Origin: Planctomycetota bacterium | GTDB taxonomy: Bacteria > Planctomycetota > JAJSAM01 > JAJVHW01 | DNA length: 64,000 bases | Direction of reading: 5' to 3' | NCBI GenBank assembly: GCA_965248445.1 | Contig: CBDFJG010000003.1 | Location: 768,001 to 832,000 of the forward strand | Part shown: positions 56,347 through 64,000 of the stretch, in pieces | How the letters are laid out: each line of letters begins with the position of its first letter | How positions within the stretch are numbered: the first letter of the stretch is position 1 | The notes under the pieces: model-generated | What the model was told of the DNA's origin: nothing | What the model saw: the letters and a program-made list of their open reading frames with translations, nothing else | Databases searched by the model: none | Program-made: the position numbers and the translations under genes

Positions 56347-59300
56347 CTAGAGGCCGAGCGACAAGACGAACCAGTCTGCCACGTCGCCCTCGGGCAGCCT
56401 GCCGGCAGCCTTCACCGCCTTCTTGACGGTCTTGGCGATCTTCTTCGAAGAGGCTTCGGTGCGCTGGGCGAAGCGCAGCGCCAGGAGCGCCTTGCCGAGC
56501 TTCTTCCGCGTCTTCGCATCGGACACCGCCGACGGCAGAGCCGCCAGCATCTCGGCGGTGCTGCCCGGCTCCTCCGGCACCACGAACGGATCCGGATCCT
56601 GAGGAATGACGCCCGCCGCGAGGTCGCTGACCAAAGCGGTCATCTTCCATACCAGCGGGCCGTCGCTGATCCCCGCGTCTCGGAACGCCGCCTGCACCTT
56701 GCGCAGACGCTTGACGGCCTTGTTGCGCTTCTTCGTCTTGCCGCTCTGCACGTCCTCCCACGCCTTCAGGATCCCGCGGATCGCCTTCTTCTCGACCTTC
56801 GGTGCGAGATCCGCGTCGCCCAGCGCGTCCGGCAGGACGTCGTCCATCGACGGCGTCACCGCGGTCAGCAGCGCCGTGCGCACGGTCGCGTCATCGTCAT
56901 CGCTGACGGTCACTTCCAGCACGCCGTCGAGGCGTCGATCCGCCGGCCAACTGACGGCCGTTCCGCTACCGGATGCGACGGCCGTCGTGCCGTCCAGCAC
57001 ACGCCAGTCAAGCGTGAGCGCCGCCTGGTCGACAGGCGATGGGTCCGTCGCCGACACATCGAGCGAGAGGACGTGCCCGACGTCCACCGTCAGCGCGCCC
57101 GGGAGCGTGAACTCCGGCGGTGCGTTCAGCACGCCGATGATGCGGCTGGCGAGATCGGATCCTCCGTCGCCGTCGTCAACGGTCAGCGTGGCGAAGTACG
57201 CGCCGTCTTGTTGATACGTGTGCGTGACGTCGATCGCGTCGGAGGACATGCCGTCGCCGAAGTCCCACTCGATCGTGAGCACGTCGTCGCCCGGATCGAA
57301 CGCGGTTCCGTCGAACGAAACGGCATCACCCTCGGTCGCTGTCGCGTCCCCACCAGCGTCCACCGTCGGGGCGACGTTGGCGACGGTCACGACCAGCGTG
57401 TCGGCGGCGGTCTGCTCCGCCGCGTCGGTGACCGTCAACGTGACCGTGTACTGGCCCTCGTCTCCAAAGACGTGGGAAGGCGTGCTCCCGCCCGCGAACT
57501 GCCCGTCTCCGAAGCTCCACACGTGGGTGATCCCGGCGTCGAGATCGCTGCTGCTGGTTCCGTCGAATTGAACCGTGTCGCCCTCGTTCACGGAGCGGTC
57601 CTGCCCCGCCGCGGCGACAGGCGGGGCATCGAGGACGGTTACCTGGGTCGAGTTCGATCCGGTGTTGCCGACGTGATCCGTCACGCGAAGCGTCACGGTG
57701 TGCACGCCCACCGCGAAGTCGACCGACGGTGTGGCTCCGCTCGCGTCGTCGAACCCGCCGTCGTCGTCGGCGTCCCATGCGTACTCGGTCAGCGGCTGCC
57801 CCGACGAGTCACTGCTGCCCGAGCCGTCGAGGTCGACGGACGTGCCGTCGACCGTGGTCTGGGTCGTGACGATCGGAGCGCCGGGCACGGCGAACGGCGC
57901 CGTAGCGTCGACGTCCACGTCGATCTGCAACTCGACGGCGGCGAACGACTCGCCGAACGAACTGCTGGTCGCGTTCACCTTGAGCGTGTCCGTGCGCGTG
58001 TCGCTGACCGGGATCACGTCCCAGGACGCCGTGCGCGCTGCGCCGCCGCCGCTGGTCGGCTCGGTGTCGCCGACGGTCTGCGCCGCCGTCTCACCGGGCG
58101 CGAGAGTCCAGCCGGTGGGCAGCCCCAACACGAGCGACGGTGCGAACGCCGTCAATCCGCCGTCGTTCTCGAGCGACACGGACACGGTCACCTGTCCGCC
58201 ACCCTGTGCGACGGACGGCGTGCTCGCGTCCGCGAGCTGCAGATCCGGGCCTGTGACCGCCGTCAGCGTCCCGGCCGACGCCACGGCGTAGTCGAGCGTC
58301 GTCTGACCCGAGGGGAAACTTCCGGCGCGCTTGACCTTCACGACTCCGGTCGAAAGGGCGGACGTCGCCTTCACCTGTTCAACGTTGTTCACGGTGCTCG
58401 CGCTGCTGCTGTCCTGCGTGCCGTCGCCGCCGTCGTACAGGCGCAGATCAACGTCGATGAGAGACTTGGCCGATCCCGTCAGCGAGGTCCGCGACGACGC
58501 GAATGCGGCGCTGCGGTTCCACACCACGGTCGAGCGGTCTCCCGCGGTCACTCCGGACAGCGTGAAGAAGACGTAGTCGTCACCGCTGCTCGTGAGCGTC
58601 CCGGTCTCGATGTAGTCGCGATCGGTGTAGGCCTGCGCAAGATCCATGGCACCGAAGCCCCACGTCGACCCCGGTGTCGTGGGACCGGTGACGAGTTCCG
58701 CACCGAGTTGATCAGAAGCGCCTTCACGGCCTCCGGCTGCCACGCCGCGTTGTAGTCGAGAAGCAGCGCCATCGCGCCCGCGACGTGCGGCGTCGCCATG
58801 GAGGTGCCGTTCGAGGACCGGAAGTCGTTGGCGGTCTCCCAGATCCAGCTGGCGGACTGGATGCTCACGCCGGGAGCCGAGAGATCGGGCTTCCGGCGGC
58901 CGTCTGACGTGTTGCCGCGGCTGGAGAAGCTCGCGATCGCGTCGTCGCTGCCCGACGTCGTGTTGCGGTCGTTGAACGCGCCCACCGTCACGATGTTGAA
59001 CGCGTCCCCGGGCAGGCCGATGGTCCCGGAGTTCGGGCCGGAGTTGCCGGCCGCGATCGCCACGGACATGCCCGACACCTCGACGGCCGCGTCGAAGTAG
59101 ACGCTGAATCCGGAGTTGCCGTTCGACGTGCCGCCACCGCCGAAGCTCCCGTTGAAGACGGTCGCACCGTTCGTGATGGCCCAGTCAGTGGCCGCCGCAA
59201 TGTCGGGCCCAGTGCCCGATCCCTGGTTGCTGGTCGTCCGATAGAAGCACTTGGCGTTCAGGACACCCGTGCCCGGCGCCACGCCGCCGTATGTCGAGTC

Positions 59301-60221
59301 CTGGCTCGCAACAGTGCCGCAGAGGTGCGTGCCGTGTCCGTGGAGGTCGTCGGTGCTGGACGCGTTGTCGTTGAAGTTGCTCTGCACCGCGGCGATGGCG
59401 AGCTGGACGGTGCTCGCGGTGACGACGTTGCCGCCACCCCCGAGCGAGAACGCCGGATGCGAGGTGTCTATCCCGGTGTCCCCGATCGCCACGCTCTGAC
59501 CGGATCCGTTGTAGCCGGGAGAGGTGAAGCTGCTGGCGCCGATCGCGCCGACCGACTTGTCCATCGAGACCGTGAGAGTCGGTGATGCGTCCACGCGTCC
59601 GATCGTGGGGAACGCCGCGACGAGCGCCGGGAGATCGGCGGGACGCACGCGGGCGAAGACCGAGTTCAACACGTTGGACGAGCCGAGGACGCTTCCGGAC
59701 GGCAACGACTCCACGTAACGGCGGAGCGGGTCCTGGAGCCGCTCGCAGCGCGGCGCCGCCGCCTCGAGAATCTCAGATCGCATCTCGCGCACCAGGCGCA
59801 CCGTCTCGTCGCGCGAACTGCGAAGAACCGCCCGTTCCTCCGGATAGAGCAGCGCGACCTCGCGCTCCATGAGTCCGGCGACGCCGAGTTCGATCCGGTC
59901 TTCGCGCGACGGGAGCAACGTGCGGATGCGCGCCAGGGCGGCGCGGGCGGGCGCCCGTACTTCGTCGATGCGAGCCGTGTAGTCGGCTCGCAACGCCGGT
60001 GCGGCCGCGACGGCGGGCTGCTCCGAGAAGATGATCCAGACGTCCACCGCCTCGGCCGGCGATTCCGTGATGCTCGCCACGAGTTCGGGCGCCAGTCGCT
60101 CATCGAACGGTCCGAGTTCCTCGGCAGTGCCAATGGAAGACGCGGTGGAGGACGCGAGGCAGCACGCTGCGAGAACCGCGGCCAGGAGCGAGATCCGGAT
60201 TGTGCGTCGCGTACGGCGCAT
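56347..60221 (-). pseudogene. Secreted subtilisin-like S8 protease with Ig/PKD repeats, split by a single-base frameshift near 58683
   Basis: ORF 58548..60221 has a signal peptide and the triad IGDTG/HGTH/GTSMATPH, ending in KALLINS. The conserved continuation (WGFGAMD) and the PKD repeats (WSFGDG, WDFGDG) lie in the -1 frame, ORF 56347..58743. A sequencing error cannot be excluded. Confidence 0.8.
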
Positions 60222-60351
60222 GGCCGACCTCCCCCCTGGTCCTCTCTCGACGCCGCGTTCTCAGCCGCGGGGCGCCGGCGGGGCCCTGGTCAGTCAGGAT
60301 ACCCCGCAATCGGACGCACGGCCACCCACCCAGCCGCGGCGCTGGTTCAGG

Positions 60352-61569
60352 CTAGAGAACCCGAGCCAGGACGATCACGTTGACGTTCTTCGTTTTGCCG
60401 TTCTCCGCGACCACCTTGCCCGTGGCGCGCAGCCGGATGGTCTCTCCGCGCACGGTCGTGAACGCGAGAACCTCGATCGTGACTGCCGCGGGTATTCGCG
60501 TCGTGTCGTAGACCTTGCCCTTGTTCGTCACGACGGAGAACAGCTTGCCGTCCGCTCCGCCGTTCGTGAGGGGATCGGCAACCGTGAACCCCGTGCCGAC
60601 CGAGTCCGGGAACTCGATCGTCATGTCGACCTTGGCTCCGAAGAACCGTTTCGAGACGCCGCCGCGGAAGATCTCGACGCGGCCGTTCTGGATGAAGGCC
60701 GTCGCGAGATCAATCTGGTTCTTCGGCGGCGGAGGCGGCTTCGGCGGCGGCTTGTCGGGAGTCGGGATGACGGGGATCGTCACGGCCACGTCGTCGATGT
60801 CGATGAGCGGCGTGTGCACGTCGGCGACCGCGTGGAACCCATCCTGATCGACGGGCCCCGTCATCTCGACCGACCAGCCCTTGCCCTTGACGCGGAGCGT
60901 GCCCGTGGTGACGCCGCTCGCGTCGGTGCGCATCTTCCCCTTCACCTTGCCCTTGCCGAGGGCATCGCCTCCCCAGATCTGGAGCGTCGCTTCGGACGGG
61001 CGGGCGCGGCCGGCCTCCTGCACCTTGGCCGCCTTGATCCGTCCCCGCTTGTTCTGCGCGAGTCGCATGAACAGCACGAACGTGTCCGGTGCCGACGACG
61101 GAGGCGTGCGCCCCAGCGTGAGCGGGCCGCTGCTCGACTCCGTCCCGCCACCGAAGCCGATCTCGCGCGTGTGCGTCCCGTCGATCCCGAGCCCGTTCTC
61201 GGCGACGACGCCGTCGAACGTGAAGCCGGGGGTCGCGATGGAGACGCGCGTGCGGCCGGTCGCCTCGTCGATGCCCCACGTGCCCGTCGCCGTGTAGATG
61301 AAGTTGCCGACCTGGCCGGCGGTGCCGCCCCCGGAGAGCTTCCCGGGACCGTCGAACGCCAGGAGGAGGTTGGCGTTGAACTCGCCGACGTCGTAGCCGT
61401 AGCGGCCTTCGATCGTCGCGACCCCCACCTCCATGTCGAGCAGGTACTCACCGTCCACGGACCAGTCGGGCACGCGCCTCGCGCCGAGTCCGTCGGCGGC
61501 AGGGAGCACGAGGACACCCGCCACGAGCAGCAGCTGGGCGGCGAGGGCAGGGAGTGGGCGTCGAGGCAT
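60352..61569 (-). CDS. Hypothetical secreted beta-rich protein
   Basis: Signal peptide MPRRPLPALAAQLLLVAGVLVLPAA, Gly/Thr-rich strands and a Pro-rich linker PDKPPPKPPPPPK. Confidence 0.75.
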   Translation of the reverse strand: MPRRPLPALAAQLLLVAGVLVLPAADGLGARRVPDWSVDGEYLLDMEVGVATIEGRYGYDVGEFNANLLLAFDGPGKLSGGGTAGQVGNFIYTATGTWGIDEATGRTRVSIATPGFTFDGVVAENGLGIDGTHTREIGFGGGTESSSGPLTLGRTPPSSAPDTFVLFMRLAQNKRGRIKAAKVQEAGRARPSEATLQIWGGDALGKGKVKGKMRTDASGVTTGTLRVKGKGWSVEMTGPVDQDGFHAVADVHTPLIDIDDVAVTIPVIPTPDKPPPKPPPPPKNQIDLATAFIQNGRVEIFRGGVSKRFFGAKVDMTIEFPDSVGTGFTVADPLTNGGADGKLFSVVTNKGKVYDTTRIPAAVTIEVLAFTTVRGETIRLRATGKVVAENGKTKNVNVIVLARVL

Positions 61570-61655
61570 CCACCCGAGTCTACGAGCCGATGCAGCCTGC
61601 GTTACGGAAGCCTCCCGCTCCCGCCTCTGACAGGCTGCTCGGGTAGAGTGCTCGG

Positions 61656-62075
61656 GTGAGCGGCCCACAGGACTCCGAGCCCCCGATCGCCGAAGGCAGC
61701 AGGCGGCGTGCGGAGCGCGCTCTCCGCCGAATCTGGAAGGACATGGTCGGGCAGCTCGTCGACGAGTGCGTCGAGAACGAGCCGAGCCTCTCGGGCCAGG
61801 GCTTCTCGTACGCCTACCAGGCCATCGAGGACCGCTTCGCGCAGCGGATCTTCCTCGCGGGCCAGATGATCGGAGCCGTGCAGAACGCAGCGCCCCGCGC
61901 GCCGCAGCCGCCCCCGGACTTCCGCGTGGTGCGCGTCGAGGGCGCGCTCGACGAGCTCGACGAGCGCATCAATGAGAAGCTCCGCGACCTGCCGGGACAC
62001 GCGGTCCACGGGCTTCAGATCGCCTCGGACGACGACGAGACGTGGCACGCGTTCCTGACCGTCTCGACGGATTGA
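61656..62075 (+). CDS. Hypothetical protein
   Basis: 139 aa with gene-like codon usage. Its stop overlaps the TTG of the next gene. Confidence 0.7.
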   Translation: MSGPQDSEPPIAEGSRRRAERALRRIWKDMVGQLVDECVENEPSLSGQGFSYAYQAIEDRFAQRIFLAGQMIGAVQNAAPRAPQPPPDFRVVRVEGALDELDERINEKLRDLPGHAVHGLQIASDDDETWHAFLTVSTD

Positions 62076-63997
62076 CCGCAGCGCCGCAGCGCAGCGGCCG
62101 CCGGGATCTCGCCGTCCTCGGCGTCGCGTTCGGGGTTCCTCTGCTCGTGCTCTCGGTCGAGCGTGCGCTACTCCATGGAGCGCACGGGCCGGAGACGGAA
62201 CTCGGCCCGCTGCTCGGCGCGTTCGTGCACGGCCTCCGCTTCGACGCCGCGGGCGTCGCCTACCCGTTCGCCATCGCGCTGATCGTAGCCACCGTTGCCG
62301 CGCTCCGCGGCCGCCGGCGCATCGAGCGCGCCGCACTCGCCGCAGTCACGCTCTGGACAGGTGTCGTCGTCAGCTTCGAGCTGCCGTTCTTCGCGGAGTT
62401 CCGCTCGCGCCTCGACGGGACAGCCCTCGAGTATCTGGACGACCTCGGCACCGTGATCGGGACGACCGACTGGCGCATGCGGCTGTCATTCGCCGTTGCG
62501 CTGCTGGCCACCGGACTGGTGACGCGCTTCGCGGCGCGCCGGCTGCGCCGCACGATCGAGAAGACAAGTCTCCCGACACGCGCGCTGTGGGCACGCGGGA
62601 TCGCGGTGATCCTCGTCGCGGTCTTCATCCGCGGCGGCATCGATCGCCCGCTGCGTCCCGCGGACGCGGCCGCCTCCACCCATCACCTGACGCAGCTCAC
62701 GCTCTCCGGACCGTGGACGATCCTGCGCAGCGCGTACGAACGCAGCAAGGACGGCGGCGACCTCGACTACGGCGTGGGCGACGAGGACGCCGCACTCGCG
62801 TTGATCCGTACCGCGCTGTTCCCGGGCAGCCCGTTCGTGCGGGACGACCGCCCCATGCTGCGGCAGGTCGGCATCCCGGGCAAGCAGAGGCGCAGCGCGA
62901 TCGTCGTCGTCCTCGAGTCGTTCGCCGCCCAGCACGTGGGGGCGCTGGGTGCGGCCAAGTCGTGGACGCCCCAGCTCGACGCGCTGATCGCGGAGCGCGG
63001 AGACCTCTACACACGCTGCCTGGCCAACGGACCGACCACCAACCGCGCGCTGCCGGCGCTGCTGGCCGGCATTCCGAGCACCCTGCGGCACGGCGCGCTG
63101 ACCAAGTCGCTCGACGGACAGCGTGAGTTGCTGACCATCGGCCGCGTGCTCGGCGAGCAGGGCTGGCGCACCGCGTTCCTGACCGGCGGTGCGGCGTCCT
63201 GGGAGAACCTCGGCGGCTGGTGCAAGGGCCAGGGATTCGCGGAAGTCGTGGACCGCGACGCGTTCCCCGTGTCGGAGCGGCTGTCGGTGTGGGGCGTGGC
63301 GGACGGTCCCCTCTTCCGCAAGGCGCTCGCGCTCTGCGACGGGAGCGCTGCCGGCGGCACGCCGTTCTGCGTCGTCGTGCTGACCGGCAGCAATCACCCG
63401 CCGTATGCAGTCCCAGAGGCCTACCGACCGGACGTGCGAGTCGCCCGCGAGCGCGCGATGCGGTACGCCGACGACGCTGCCGCGGAGTTCGTCCGCACGG
63501 TACTCGCGCGCAACTGGGCGGCCACGACCGACGTCTACCTCGTCGGAGATCACGGAGTCACCTCCGCGCCTCGCGCGGTGATCGACCCCGAACGGCACCA
63601 CGTCCTGCTGTGGACCACGCGGGGCGGCGACGAGGCCGCCACGACTCACGATGCCGTCGTCTCCCACGTCGACGTGCCGGCGACGCTCCTGCGCATGTGC
63701 GGGTACCAGGGCGAGTTCGCCGGCTGGGGAGCAGGACTCGGCAGCGAGCACGGCGCACCCGCGGTCCTCGGGTCACGGGGCGGCGCGCGCGTGCTGGCGA
63801 CGGTGCGGGGCGACATCTGGCTCGTGGACCACCTGGACGGACCGACCGAGGCCTTCCGGTGGGACGCGCGCAGCGGGCTGGTCACGCCGCTCCTGCGGGC
63901 GGATCCGGTCCCCTCCGTGCGTCGGACAACGCAGCACGGCCGCGCACTCCTGCACCTCGCCGACCGCGCCCTCCGCGAGGGCCGGGCCGGCCGCTGA
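62072..63997 (+). CDS. LTA synthase family / phosphoglycerol-transferase-like sulfatase-fold membrane protein
   Basis: N-terminal TM helices (GLRFD, F..EFRSRLD), VVLESF, catalytic Thr in NGPTT, WGVADG, SNHPPY, YAD, VGDHG, SHVDVPATLL. Confidence 0.88.
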   Translation: MTAAPQRSGRRDLAVLGVAFGVPLLVLSVERALLHGAHGPETELGPLLGAFVHGLRFDAAGVAYPFAIALIVATVAALRGRRRIERAALAAVTLWTGVVVSFELPFFAEFRSRLDGTALEYLDDLGTVIGTTDWRMRLSFAVALLATGLVTRFAARRLRRTIEKTSLPTRALWARGIAVILVAVFIRGGIDRPLRPADAAASTHHLTQLTLSGPWTILRSAYERSKDGGDLDYGVGDEDAALALIRTALFPGSPFVRDDRPMLRQVGIPGKQRRSAIVVVLESFAAQHVGALGAAKSWTPQLDALIAERGDLYTRCLANGPTTNRALPALLAGIPSTLRHGALTKSLDGQRELLTIGRVLGEQGWRTAFLTGGAASWENLGGWCKGQGFAEVVDRDAFPVSERLSVWGVADGPLFRKALALCDGSAAGGTPFCVVVLTGSNHPPYAVPEAYRPDVRVARERAMRYADDAAAEFVRTVLARNWAATTDVYLVGDHGVTSAPRAVIDPERHHVLLWTTRGGDEAATTHDAVVSHVDVPATLLRMCGYQGEFAGWGAGLGSEHGAPAVLGSRGGARVLATVRGDIWLVDHLDGPTEAFRWDARSGLVTPLLRADPVPSVRRTTQHGRALLHLADRALREGRAGR

Positions 63998-64000
63998 CGC

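Overview
This is a high-GC (roughly 70% by eye) bacterial chromosomal segment, most likely from a Planctomycetota. That assignment is inferred from a DUF1559-like prepilin with an H-X9-D motif, a planctomycete-type prenyltransferase/squalene-oxidase-repeat lipoprotein, and waaA (LPS). Most of the window is core genome: dnaE, metK, waaA, secA, pyrD, lspA, a DksA/TraR-family gene, xerD, uvrB-uvrC, queD, a complete 14-gene nuoA-N complex I operon and mrp/apbC. It also carries several peptidases (M20, M1-HEAT, M1+M28 fusion, S8-PKD), an LTA-synthase-family gene and several hypothetical secreted or membrane proteins. One complete IS1380-family element (3975-5643) sits exactly at the dnaE stop codon with a CTAA target duplication. 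The S8-PKD protease gene is split by a one-base frameshift. I found no rRNA, tRNA, CRISPR array, prophage or recognisable defence system. The best leads for uncharacterised biology are (1) a DksA fused to a ~210-aa histone-like basic tail, (2) an unknown domain fused to a C-terminal receiver inside the lspA-pyrD-secA operon, (3) a cluster of lipoprotein, prenyltransferase-fold protein, membrane protein, NIL protein and orphan ABC permease, and (4) a ferritin-fold protein with a degenerate metal site behind a strong promoter and palindromic operator. All four are hypotheses, and no database searches or folding computations were run. Start codons were often moved from the ORF-track starts using RBS and stop/start overlaps.
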